From: Candidatus Kaiserbacteria bacterium
GTDB taxonomy: Bacteria > Patescibacteriota > Minisyncoccia > Phycocordibacterales > Phycocordibacteraceae
Direction of reading: 5' to 3'
Assembly (NCBI GenBank): GCA_027451665.1
Contig: DAIDIW010000001.1
Span: forward strand, 159,773 to 223,772
Length of the DNA: 64,000 nt
Shown: positions 26,684-36,322 of the stretch, in pieces
How positions within the stretch are numbered: the stretch's first letter is position 1
Layout: each line of letters begins with the position of its first letter
The notes under the pieces: generated by a model
Seen by the model: only the letters and a program-made list of their open reading frames with translations
Database searches by the model: none
Told to the model about the DNA's origin: nothing
Program-made: the position numbers and the translations under genes

Positions 26684-26796
26684 CCGGTCCTCTACGAAAG
26701 TTCCTCAGGACCGGCCCGCTCGGTAGGGTAAGTCATTCGGCGTCCGTCACGTCGAGCCAGCTTCGGTTGCACTCCCCGCCCTACCGAGCGGGTTTT
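26684..26796 (+). ncRNA. Candidate structured small RNA of unknown family
   Basis: TGcTATAGT promoter 26671-26679; 8-bp hairpin; 14-bp closing stem enclosing two hairpins (one cUUCGg); ends in TTTT. Confidence 0.45.
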
Positions 26797-26814
26797 GCTA
26801 TACTCGCTTGCATC

Positions 26815-27693
26815 ATGGACGATGCGGCTAAGATGCGGATGGAAGAGCTCGAGGCGATGATGGCATCGCCTGAGTTCTGGGCGGACAAGAGCGACGCGCA
26901 AGCGGCAGTCGCCGAATATCAGGCCTTGAAAGAAGGCGGATCGGGCGATCCGCATGATCGCGGGAATGCGACGCTCGCTATCCTCGCAGGGGCAGGCGGC
27001 GACGATGCGGAGGATTTCGCACGCATGCTCCGCCGCATGTATGAAGGATATGCGGCAGAGAAGGGCTGGAGCGTCCGGGTGCTGCATGCGAATGAGAACA
27101 GCCAGGGCGGCTTCCGCAATCTGCTCCTCGAGATCATCGGTCCGGGCGCGTATGGTCGCCTGAAGCGCGAATCCGGCGTGCACCGTCTCGTGCGGCTCTC
27201 GCCGTTCAACGCCAACGCGAAGCGCCAGACTTCCTTTGCGATGATCGAGGTGCTCCCGGTCTTGGCGGCGAATGAGAAGGTCGAGATAAATCCTGCGGAG
27301 GTGGAGATGACCTTCGCCCGTGCCGGAGGCGCGGGCGGCCAGAACGTGAACAAGGTGGAGACGGCCGTGCGCCTCGTGCATACGCCCACCGGCCTCTCGG
27401 TGCATGTTTCGAGCGAGCGGAGCCAGCAGGCGAACCGTGAGAAGGCGTTCGCACTCCTCTCGGCGAAGCTTTTCGCGAAGGAAGAAGCCGAACGGGAAGC
27501 GAAGGCGAAAGGCCGTTCGATCGCGGCGACCACCGCGAACGAATGGGGGAGCCAGATCCGCTCATACGTCCTCCATCCCTACAAAATGGTGAAAGACCAT
27601 CGGACGGGTTTCGAGAGCGGCAACCCGGAGAAAGTGCTCGACGGAGATCTCGACGGATTCATCGACGCCGAGCTCGCGGCGCCGGAGATATAA
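26815..27693 (+). CDS. prfB: Peptide chain release factor 2 (short N-domain)
   Basis: [13 protein letters not shown] (SPF), [10 protein letters not shown] (GGQ), [13 protein letters not shown]. Confidence 0.92.
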   Translation: MDDAAKMRMEELEAMMASPEFWADKSDAQAAVAEYQALKEGGSGDPHDRGNATLAILAGAGGDDAEDFARMLRRMYEGYAAEKGWSVRVLHANENSQGGFRNLLLEIIGPGAYGRLKRESGVHRLVRLSPFNANAKRQTSFAMIEVLPVLAANEKVEINPAEVEMTFARAGGAGGQNVNKVETAVRLVHTPTGLSVHVSSERSQQANREKAFALLSAKLFAKEEAEREAKAKGRSIAATTANEWGSQIRSYVLHPYKMVKDHRTGFESGNPEKVLDGDLDGFIDAELAAPEI

Positions 27694-27918
27694 AAACGAA
27701 GACCCGCCGTACAGGGGGTCTTCTGAAGTGGCTCGCAAGCGAGAGACGCCAGAGAAGGACGGATGGACACGTCTCATGAGCACATCACTCGGGTACGATA
27801 GTGGTCAAAAAAGGCCGGCACCGCTCGGTTATCCCCATGCCTCCAGGGAGGAGCGTCTTCATCTCGGCTTTACGCCTCAGGAACGGATGGGTACAATGAA
27901 CCGGTCAGTACACGGTCA

Positions 27919-28596
27919 ATGATCTATTTCGACAAGGTCACGAAGAAGTACTCCGATGTTGCGGCGCTCGAAGGGGTCACGCTGTCGGTAGCTCCGAAAG
28001 AATTCGTGTCTATCGTCGGGCACTCCGGGGCGGGGAAGACGACGCTCTTGAAGCTTCTCCTCGCCGAAGAGAAGCCTTCTGAAGGAAACGTCTTTTTCGA
28101 ATCGGTAGATGTGAACGATCTGCCGAGTTCCGCGCTCCACCATTACCGCCGGAAGATCGGGATGGTTTTTCAGGATTTTAAACTCATTCCGAACAAGACG
28201 GCATACGAGAACATCGCTTTCGCGATGGAAGCAGCGGGCCGCTCCGACGACGAAATCGAGTCCGACGTACCCTATATCCTTGACCTTGTGAATCTCGCCG
28301 ATAAAGCGCACCATTTTCCGTCCCAGCTGTCTGGCGGCGAACAGCAGCGCATCGGCATCGGACGCGCGATCATCAATCAGCCGGAAGTCATCATCGCGGA
28401 TGAACCGACGGGCAATCTCGATCCGATTAACACGTACGAAGTCGTCGAGATATTGAAGAAGATTAACGAGCTCGGTACCACCGTCGTCATCACGACGCAT
28501 AACAAAGGGGTCGTGGATGCGATCGGGCGACGCGTGGTCACCATGGATCGTGGCAAGATCGTGCGTGATGACGCCGAAGGCAGATACGTACTATGA
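27919..28596 (+). CDS. ftsE: Cell division ATP-binding protein FtsE
   Basis: GHSGAGKTT, IGMVFQDFKL, LSGGEQQR, ADEPTGNLDP; upstream of ftsX. Confidence 0.92.
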   Translation: MIYFDKVTKKYSDVAALEGVTLSVAPKEFVSIVGHSGAGKTTLLKLLLAEEKPSEGNVFFESVDVNDLPSSALHHYRRKIGMVFQDFKLIPNKTAYENIAFAMEAAGRSDDEIESDVPYILDLVNLADKAHHFPSQLSGGEQQRIGIGRAIINQPEVIIADEPTGNLDPINTYEVVEILKKINELGTTVVITTHNKGVVDAIGRRVVTMDRGKIVRDDAEGRYVL

Positions 28597-29519
28597 ACTG
28601 GACCACCATAAAACGAGTAGCCGTATCCGGCGCGAAGAATTTCACGCGAGGCGGCAGCGTCTCCGCCGCTACCGTGCTCATTATGACGGTGACGCTCGCG
28701 ATCATCGGTGCTCTCATATTCCTCTCGGCGCTCCTCACGTTCACCTTGAACTCGATCAAGGACAAAGTGGATGTCTCCGTGTACTTCGTGACGAGCGCGA
28801 CTGAGAGCCAGATTCTTGCCGTACAGCAGAAGCTCGAACAGCTCCCGCAAGTGGAGAGCGTCACCTATACGTCTGCTGACCAGGCGCTCGCCGCTTTCAA
28901 AGCGCGCCATGCGAACGATCAGCTCACATTGCAGGCGCTCGACGAGCTCGGTGGCAATCCGCTCGACGCATCGCTCGAAATACGGGCCCAGGATCCGTCG
29001 CAGTATGAGGGTATCGTGAATTTCCTTCAGGCATCGCCCGCGCTTTCCGCAAGCGGCACCTCGATTATTGACCGCATCAATTATGCCCAGAATAAGAGCG
29101 TCATCGACCGGCTCTCGAGCGCGATCACAGCGACGCGGGAAATTGGGCTTGCCGTGGTGCTCGTGTTTGCGCTCGCTTCGATACTCATCGCCTTCGCGAC
29201 GATACGGCTCGCCATTTACACAGCGAGGGACGAGATCGCCGTTATGCGGCTCGTAGGTGCGAGCAATGCTTACATCCAAGGGCCGTTCATCGTCACGGGC
29301 ATCATCACTGGGCTCATCTCCTCCATCATCGTCCTCGTACTGTTATGGCCGGCGTCCTGGTATGCCGGAAGCCAGACGGCAGGGTGGCTCGGTGGTTTCA
29401 ATCTCGCCTCGTATTATGGCAGTCATTTCCTGTTCATTCTATTCGTGCTTGTCGGTTCTGGCTGTCTCTTGGGTGCGGCCGCATCCGTGCTCGCTATCCG
29501 TAGATACCTAAAGGTCTGA
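28593..29519 (+). CDS. ftsX: Cell division permease FtsX
   Basis: 4-TM FtsX topology; TIRLAIYTARDEIAVMRLVGASNAYIQGPF. Confidence 0.92.
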   Translation: MNWTTIKRVAVSGAKNFTRGGSVSAATVLIMTVTLAIIGALIFLSALLTFTLNSIKDKVDVSVYFVTSATESQILAVQQKLEQLPQVESVTYTSADQALAAFKARHANDQLTLQALDELGGNPLDASLEIRAQDPSQYEGIVNFLQASPALSASGTSIIDRINYAQNKSVIDRLSSAITATREIGLAVVLVFALASILIAFATIRLAIYTARDEIAVMRLVGASNAYIQGPFIVTGIITGLISSIIVLVLLWPASWYAGSQTAGWLGGFNLASYYGSHFLFILFVLVGSGCLLGAAASVLAIRRYLKV

Positions 29520-29521
29520 TC

Positions 29522-31171
29522 ATGGCAAAAGAAGGTCATAAATATATATTCGTCTTGGGCGGGGTCATGAGTGGCGTCGGCAAAGGCGTCGTGACTTCTT
29601 CGATCGGCCTCTTACTTCAGCAGAAGGGCTACCCGGTGAACCTCGTGAAAGTGGATCCGTATCTGAACGTCGACGCCGGCACCATGAATCCGACTGAACA
29701 CGGCGAAGTGTTCGTGTTGCGGAGCGGACTCGAGACCGATCAGGACATGGGCAACTATGAGCGCTTTCTCGGCCGTGATCTCACGAACGAGGATTATATG
29801 ACGAGCGGCATGGTGTACCAGTCGGTCATTGCCCGCGAGCGTGCGCTCGAATACGGTGGAAAGTGTGTCGAAGCCATCCCGCATGTACGCGATGAGATCA
29901 TGGGGCGCTTCGAGGCAGCCGCAGCCTATAATGGGAGCCGCATTTCCGTCATTGAAATCGGTGGCACCGTGGGCGACTTCCAGAATGCGCTTTTCATCGA
30001 AGCGGCCCGCGTCATGAAGATGGAACATCCAGACGATGTGCTCTTCGTGATGGTTTCCTATCTGCCGACTCCCGGCACCCTGGGCGAGATGAAGACGAAG
30101 CCTACGCAGACCGCGGTGCGGGATCTGAACGGATACGGCGTGCAGCCGGATTTCATCATCGCGCGTTCGAAGGAAGCGATCGATGAGAAGCGGAAGGAGA
30201 AGCTCGCGGTCTCCTGCGCCGTTAAAAAGGACCGTGTTATAAGCGCGCCGGACATCTCCTCCATCTATGAAGCACCCCTGAATTTCGAACGCGATGAGCT
30301 CGGCGATCAGCTGCTTGAGGCGCTCAAGCTTCCGGAGAAGCGCAAAGCGTCGCTTTCCGCATGGGGTCGCTTCGCAAAAGCCGTGGCAGATAAGAAGGCA
30401 CCCGCGGTCGAGATCGCGGTGGTCGGCAAGTATTTCGATACGGGCGATTTCGTCCTCTCGGATGCGTACCTCTCGGTCATCGAGGCGATCAAGTTCTCTG
30501 CGGCAAAGCTCGGGAAGCGAGCGAACATCACGTGGATCAATTCGAAGCACTTCGAGAAGGGAAAGTCCACGAGCGAGCTTGCGAAATATCAGGGCATCCT
30601 CGTCCCGGGAGGATTCGGCGAGAGCGGCATCGAGGGGAAGATCAAGGCCATTCGGTATGCGCGCGAGCACAAGATCCCGTACCTCGGACTCTGCTACGGC
30701 ATGCAGCTCATGGTCGTGGAGTACGCGCGCAATGTGCTCGGACTGAAGGATGCCACGACCGCCGAGATTAAGAAGAACGCGGAGCATCTCGTCGTCGATG
30801 TCATGCCGGAGCAGAAGGCTCTCCTTGAAGGAGGGAAGTACGGCGGTACCATGCGTCTTGGCGTGTACCCCGCGTATCTCAAGAAGGGCACGATGGCGCG
30901 CGCGGCATATAAGAAGGAGCTCGTCGAGGAACGCCATCGTCATCGCTACGAGATCAATCCTGAATACGTGAAGCGGCTCGAGAGCGCCGGGCTTGTGTTC
31001 AGCGGCACTTCTCCGGATGGCGTGCTTATGGAGATCGCGGAGCTCCCGAAGTCGAAGCATCCGTTCATGCTCGGTACGCAGTTCCATCCTGAGCTCCAGG
31101 CGCGACCGCTCGACCCGCATCCCTTGTTTACGGAATTCCTGAAGGCAGCTGCCGTGCATCGTAGGAAGTAG
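29522..31171 (+). CDS. pyrG: CTP synthase
   Basis: GGVMSGVGKG, DPYLNVDAGTMNP.EHGE, GLCYGMQ, ERHRHRYE, QFHPE. Confidence 0.97.
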   Translation: MAKEGHKYIFVLGGVMSGVGKGVVTSSIGLLLQQKGYPVNLVKVDPYLNVDAGTMNPTEHGEVFVLRSGLETDQDMGNYERFLGRDLTNEDYMTSGMVYQSVIARERALEYGGKCVEAIPHVRDEIMGRFEAAAAYNGSRISVIEIGGTVGDFQNALFIEAARVMKMEHPDDVLFVMVSYLPTPGTLGEMKTKPTQTAVRDLNGYGVQPDFIIARSKEAIDEKRKEKLAVSCAVKKDRVISAPDISSIYEAPLNFERDELGDQLLEALKLPEKRKASLSAWGRFAKAVADKKAPAVEIAVVGKYFDTGDFVLSDAYLSVIEAIKFSAAKLGKRANITWINSKHFEKGKSTSELAKYQGILVPGGFGESGIEGKIKAIRYAREHKIPYLGLCYGMQLMVVEYARNVLGLKDATTAEIKKNAEHLVVDVMPEQKALLEGGKYGGTMRLGVYPAYLKKGTMARAAYKKELVEERHRHRYEINPEYVKRLESAGLVFSGTSPDGVLMEIAELPKSKHPFMLGTQFHPELQARPLDPHPLFTEFLKAAAVHRRK

Positions 31172-31212
31172 CGCACGGGAAGCCGGCCGGAGCTCTGCTC
31201 CGGCCGGTAGGG

Positions 31213-31533
31213 TTATGGTTCGATAGGTGTTGATGGTGAGCTTTGTGCCGTTGCGAGACCTGGTTCAGCTTCGCTGAGGCGAAGCAGATTTTTGAGATAT
31301 CTCCCGCAGACTTTATCGAAACTGCGGATCTCCTCAACCGTGGGCGGCTGCTCTCCTTTGGAGAAACGAGCTGCCTGCCGCGAAATCTCCTGCCGGATGT
31401 TACGGTGATAGGTTCGGTACAATTCGCCACTCTCCTGTCCGTCCGTGCGGTCGAGGTACCGTACGAGCTCTGTGAGGTTCAATGCTCCCGATTGCTCGAA
31501 AAGAAGCTCGAGCGAGCTTGTTGTCTCGTCCAT
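31213..31533 (-). CDS. Hypothetical protein
   Basis: ORF with GGAG SD before ATG at 31533; no motif recognised. Confidence 0.45.
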   Translation of the reverse strand: MDETTSSLELLFEQSGALNLTELVRYLDRTDGQESGELYRTYHRNIRQEISRQAARFSKGEQPPTVEEIRSFDKVCGRYLKNLLRLSEAEPGLATAQSSPSTPIEP

Positions 31534-31690
31534 AGTAACTCCGCATCCAATCCGCGCGGAGGATACCATGCATGACGAAGATGACAAGTCTCCTTGCGGC
31601 ACGCATGCTCCTAAGCGCGCGTCGTGGTTGTATCCGAACCCATTTTCAGGTATCTTCTCCATACGGCGCCGCGCACGTGGCGCAGGAAAA

Positions 31691-31764
31691 TGCCGGTTCG
31701 TCTAATGGTAGGACACATCCCTCTGGAGGATGGTATTGGGGTTCGAGTCCCTGACCGGCAGCCA
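31691..31764 (+). tRNA. tRNA-Gln(CTG)
   Basis: CATCC-CTCTGGA-GGATG; acceptor TGCCGGT/ACCGGCA; encoded CCA. Confidence 0.93.
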
Positions 31765-31895
31765 ACACATTACAAGCCGAGTGTCAAGGACACCTACGAT
31801 TCTAGGGCGACTGAGAAGAGTTTTTGAGGACGGGTCTAGTGAGACCGAGACGCGTTCGAGTATTAATGCCCCAGCCAACACATTACAAGCCGAGT
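31741..31895 (+). repeat. Direct repeat of tRNA-Gln 3' end (att-like scar)
   Basis: 24-bp CAGCCAACACATTACAAGCCGAGT at 31759-31782 and 31872-31895, each preceded by GTTCGAGT at identical spacing. Confidence 0.75.
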
Positions 31896-32089
31896 AACTA
31901 GGACGCGTCCATATATTTCAACATATTTTTAACACTCTAGAGGGTAGTCTAGGTTTGAGGTGTAGTCAGTGAGATAATTAATGGTATGGAAACGAATTCG
32001 GATGGAGGGTTGCCGGGTCTCCAAGTGATACCGAGTTGCTTGAGGCCCATATCTACGAGATGTCCGCCAGAATGTAGACGTGTATGTAA

Positions 32090-32272
32090 TTTTCTACGTT
32101 CAACATCGCCGACGCGGCGGCCGGCATCGGCGTAGCAATTACCAGCATCGCGGTCTTTCTCCTTCGCGGCTTCTATTGGCTGGACTCCGCCGTCGCGCTT
32201 GTGATCGCGCTCGTGGTGGGTTATCACGCCATACAACTGCTGCGGGAGGTTATCGTTACGCTGCGGGCATGA
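32090..32272 (+). pseudogene. 3' fragment of a cation diffusion facilitator (CzcD/ZitB-like)
   Basis: IADAAAGIGVAI..FYWLDSAVALVIA..AIQLLRE resembles CDF TM5-6; in-frame TAA upstream and no start. Confidence 0.6.
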
Positions 32273-32329
32273 AATTACTGATGGATTACGACGCCGAAAG
32301 GTGACGTGCTACCCTTTAAATTGACTCGT

Positions 32330-34921
32330 ATGGATAAAAAGACCGCATTGCAATTGAGGGAACAAGATTTTCTCACTAAGCTCCAAACCTCCGTCGATGG
32401 CTTGACTCAAAAAGAAGCCATAAAGCGCCAGGCAGAACATGGGTCAAACGTACTTGGAAAGAAAAGCGTCAATGCGCTCAGGATTCTCGGCCGTCAACTC
32501 CAAAGCCCGTTGGTGTACCTGTTTATCGCAGGCAGTGTTATCGCCTACGGCATACAGGACGTGCAGGATGGCACGATCATCCTCATCATTCTCCTCATCA
32601 ATACTTCCCTGGGTTTCTATCAAGAATATAAATCGGAACGCATCATCCAGAAGCTCACGCAGTTCATTACTAAGCACGCGCGCATCAAGCGCGACGGGCA
32701 GTTTGTACTGATAGATGAAACCGAGATCGTGTCCGGCGACGTGCTGCAGATGCACGAGGGCGACATTGCCCCAGCAGACATACGTCTCTTTGAGGCGACA
32801 GACCTGCAGATTAATGAGTCCCAGTTGACCGGTGAATCGGTGCCAATCGCGAAACGCGCTGCGAGCAATCAAAAAGTTTCTGAAGAGAATCTCGTATTTA
32901 CCGGCAGCACCATCGAGAAGGGAGAGGGCACGGGAATTGTGTATGCGATTGGTAGAGATACGGAGTTAGGCACCATCGCGACGCTCTCGACGGAAACGAA
33001 GAAAATCACCCAATATCAAAAATTCCTTCAATCATTCAGCTCTCAACTGGTAGGAATCGTATTGGTGGTCTTGGCGTTCGTTTTTGTTTTTAAGGCATAC
33101 CTTAGCCACGGAACGTCCAGCGTTACGGAATTACTCCTATTCGTTATCGCACTCGCAATTTCAACGGTACCCGAGATACTTCCCGTCATCGCGACCGTCA
33201 CACTCTCGAGCGGAGCTCTGAAGCTCGCCAAGAAGCGCGTCGTCGTGAAGCGCCTCTCGGCCATGGAAGATTTCGGCAACGTGAATCTTCTGTGCACCGA
33301 CAAGACCGGTACGATCACGGAGAACAAGATGACCGTCAATAAAATTACTGCTTCCGATGACGAGTTGTTCCAAAAGTTCGCTTTTGCGGGGATTGCCCCG
33401 ATCAAGGTAAGGAAACACAGAACCGCGAACTCGTACGACGACGCGTTCATCGCCTACGTCTCTCCGAAGCTTCAAAAGGAGGCGTCGCATTTATGCATCG
33501 TGAAAGAACTTCCTTTTGATCCGGCGGATCGCCGACGACGGGTCGTCTTGGAGGACAAGAAAAACAGCAAGCATTTTTTGATCGTGATCGGAGCGCCGGA
33601 GGTTCTTCTAGAGATAGCTCATACGCCGGAACACGCTAAGTACGCCCACGATATTACGCTCGAAGGAAAGACAGGGTTACACCACCTAGCTATCGCATAC
33701 AAGGAGATTTCTTACACGAACGATTTTGACATACTGAAGAACGAATCCGATCTTGTCTTCTTGGGATACGTGAGTTTGGTTGATCCACTGCGGCCGAGCG
33801 TAAAGAGCACCATAGAGCACGCGGAGAAACTCGGCATAAAACTCAAAATACTCACGGGAGACAGTCGTGAAGTAGCGGAGTATATCGGCAAGCAAGTCGG
33901 CCTTATGAACGAAGGAGACAAGGTATACCTCGGCGACGAACTCGACAAGATGTCGCCGGAGGAGTTCAAGATGGCAGTTTTTGGCACCAATATTTTCGCG
34001 CGGGTTTCTCCCGAACAGAAATTTAATATCATCAAGGCATTGAAAGAAAAATACACCGTTGCGTATCAGGGCGACGGCATCAATGATGCTCCCGCATTGA
34101 AATTGGCTGACGTGGCGATTGCCGTCAATACGGCGACCGATATTGCGAAAGAAAACGCTGATATCGTTCTCTTGAACCGAAGCCTTGAAGTTATCATCAA
34201 CGGCATCAGGTATGGCCGCGCAATTTTCATCAACATCAACAAGTACATCCGGTATACGATGAGCAATAACTTTGGAAGTCTCATCGGTCTCTCCGCGCTC
34301 TATCTATTTTCCGTCAATTTGCCAATCCTTCCCGTCCAAGCCCTCCTGAACAATCTTTTCGGCGATATTCCGCTCATCATGGTCTCATCGGATACGGTCG
34401 AGGACGACGAAGTTATCGAGCCCGAGAAACACAATGTGAAAGATCTCATGTTCATATCACTTATACTCGGTGTGCCAACAGCACTTTTTGAGATCCTGTA
34501 TTTTGGAATGATCGGATCTCAACCCTCAGCGCTCGTGCAGACAAGTCTGTATGTGTTCCTCACGTTCCAGGCGCTCATCATCTTCTATACCGTCCGCACC
34601 AGAAAGCACTTCTGGGAGGCAAAAGCCCCGTCGACACCTCTCAACATCTCGTTCTTAGCGGCCTTCGCATGTTCTATCGGTGTAATCTATGTACCGCAAT
34701 TCCAGGTGTGGTTCTCATTCGTTCCGATCTCGCCGATCACGATTGGCGTCATAGTCATGCTCATGGCGCTCTACTTTATCGCCGTCGATTATGTGAAAGT
34801 GTGGTACTACCAATCGAACAAAAACGAACTCGGGCCCGTGTATATCGATGGTTTTGCAACAGCATACGCAGATGTTTCGAGAGGAATGGTACAAAAAGTA
34901 GAGAACAGAGATGGTGAATGA
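32330..34921 (+). CDS. mgtA: P-type ATPase, Mg2+-transporting (MgtA-like)
   Basis: TGES, PEILP, CTDKTGTITEN, LPFDP..RRR, GDGINDAPAL. Confidence 0.8.
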   Translation: MDKKTALQLREQDFLTKLQTSVDGLTQKEAIKRQAEHGSNVLGKKSVNALRILGRQLQSPLVYLFIAGSVIAYGIQDVQDGTIILIILLINTSLGFYQEYKSERIIQKLTQFITKHARIKRDGQFVLIDETEIVSGDVLQMHEGDIAPADIRLFEATDLQINESQLTGESVPIAKRAASNQKVSEENLVFTGSTIEKGEGTGIVYAIGRDTELGTIATLSTETKKITQYQKFLQSFSSQLVGIVLVVLAFVFVFKAYLSHGTSSVTELLLFVIALAISTVPEILPVIATVTLSSGALKLAKKRVVVKRLSAMEDFGNVNLLCTDKTGTITENKMTVNKITASDDELFQKFAFAGIAPIKVRKHRTANSYDDAFIAYVSPKLQKEASHLCIVKELPFDPADRRRRVVLEDKKNSKHFLIVIGAPEVLLEIAHTPEHAKYAHDITLEGKTGLHHLAIAYKEISYTNDFDILKNESDLVFLGYVSLVDPLRPSVKSTIEHAEKLGIKLKILTGDSREVAEYIGKQVGLMNEGDKVYLGDELDKMSPEEFKMAVFGTNIFARVSPEQKFNIIKALKEKYTVAYQGDGINDAPALKLADVAIAVNTATDIAKENADIVLLNRSLEVIINGIRYGRAIFININKYIRYTMSNNFGSLIGLSALYLFSVNLPILPVQALLNNLFGDIPLIMVSSDTVEDDEVIEPEKHNVKDLMFISLILGVPTALFEILYFGMIGSQPSALVQTSLYVFLTFQALIIFYTVRTRKHFWEAKAPSTPLNISFLAAFACSIGVIYVPQFQVWFSFVPISPITIGVIVMLMALYFIAVDYVKVWYYQSNKNELGPVYIDGFATAYADVSRGMVQKVENRDGE

Positions 34922-35184
34922 GATTGCGAAATACTCTTAAAAGGTCGCATTAGTCTCAAGAGGGCGCCCGCAAAACTACACAAAAGTTGTAACATTTGTA
35001 ACATTTTACCCTTAGGACGACCCAACTGAGACGCCTGAAACTAATAGGGTAAAATTGCTCAAAGAGCCCTTGTGGTGCCTCACCGTACAAGGGTCGCAAC
35101 TGAGTCAGTCAGCAGTCATAAAGTATATATTTCCCGAAGAAAGAATCTTGCAATTATCGGGCATTATGCTATAGTCTCAGATAC

Positions 35185-35532
35185 GTGACCTACACAAAGA
35201 AACCGGGCAGTTATGCCCGAAAGAGCTTCGGCTCTCGCCAAAGCTACCGCACTAAAAAAGACGTCCATGACGAGCAGCAACGCTTCCAAGCGGTATGCAA
35301 TGAATGTCACAGGACCTGTGAGGTGCCATTCCGCCCCAATGGTAAGAAGCCGGTCTATTGCCGTGATTGCTTCAAGGGGAAGGAAGAGAGTCCGTCAATC
35401 GGCGTGCGTGAGTACCGAAAGGGAAGCGCTCCCCAGAATCCTGATTTTGCCAAGCGTCTAGACGCGATAGACGGAAAACTGGATCGCATTCTCAAGTCAC
35501 TAGGCAATCAAGTCGCTAAGGCAAACGACTAA
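35185..35532 (+). CDS. CxxC-x17-CxxC zinc-ribbon protein
   Basis: AVCNECHRTCEVPFRPNGKKPVYCRDCF; C-terminal coiled segment. Confidence 0.85.
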   Translation: MTYTKKPGSYARKSFGSRQSYRTKKDVHDEQQRFQAVCNECHRTCEVPFRPNGKKPVYCRDCFKGKEESPSIGVREYRKGSAPQNPDFAKRLDAIDGKLDRILKSLGNQVAKAND

Positions 35533-35642
35533 CGTAGGAAAGAAAGCGTCCGGCCTCGGTCGGGCATTTCTATATTCGGGCGCTATTCGCTTGTGCGCTT
35601 CGTGCATGTGCCTCTCAGTTACGAGGCTGCTAGAATTGCTCC

Positions 35643-36218
35643 ATGGCAGATTGGCAGACGTATTACAGTCAACACCTATACAGACCTCCTCGTTCGCTGT
35701 TGGTCAAAGCGGTCTCATTTTGCATACGCAAGGACAACGCGCTTGATCTGGGCGCAGGTACGCTCATCGAGACGAAATTCCTGCTCGATTCCGGATTCAA
35801 GAAGGTGACGGCTCTCGATAGCTCTCCTGAAATTAGGACCTTCGCCGAGGGAATAAATGATGAGCGGCTCACAGTGGAAGTGCGGCCGTATCAGGAGATG
35901 GAGTTACCGCCAGAAAGCTACGACCTGATTACCGCCTCATACGCGCTTCCGTTCTACGGAAAAGAAGGGTTCGATGCATTCATCGCTCGGCTCGTTTCGG
36001 CTCTGAAGCCGGGCGGCGTCTTCACCGGACAACTATTTGGAGTGAAGGATGGTTGGAATGTTCCCGGTGACAAGAGGGCGTTTCAGACACGGGATGAAGC
36101 CGAAGAATTACTAAAGGGCCTCACGATTGAACTCTTTACCGAGGAAGATAAGGACGGGATTGTTGCCTCCGGTGAAGCAAAGCACTGGCATATCTTTCAT
36201 TTCATCGCCCGCAAATAG
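35643..36218 (+). CDS. Class I SAM-dependent methyltransferase (TehB-like)
   Basis: ALDLGAG, YDLI, LKPGGVF, KHWHIFHFIARK. Confidence 0.88.
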   Translation: MADWQTYYSQHLYRPPRSLLVKAVSFCIRKDNALDLGAGTLIETKFLLDSGFKKVTALDSSPEIRTFAEGINDERLTVEVRPYQEMELPPESYDLITASYALPFYGKEGFDAFIARLVSALKPGGVFTGQLFGVKDGWNVPGDKRAFQTRDEAEELLKGLTIELFTEEDKDGIVASGEAKHWHIFHFIARK

Positions 36219-36322
36219 GTTGTCATCTCGGGGCGTGTGCTATCAGGAGCAGTAGTCCTAATCCGCAGGTGCTCCGGGATACGCGGCATGCATGAAGGAA
36301 TGCATGTGATAACTTCATACCT

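Noticed and set aside
29612-31159. 515-aa antisense ORF, and many similar shadow ORFs in the track
   Set aside because: Lies opposite pyrG; typical high-GC artefact with no motifs
31986-32135. 49-aa Cys-containing ORF as a RiPP precursor
   Set aside because: No maturation genes adjacent; overlaps the CDF remnant; no recognisable leader
35026-35041. Hammerhead ribozyme core (CTGAGA..GAAAC)
   Set aside because: Lacks full CUGANGA and convincing stems I-III
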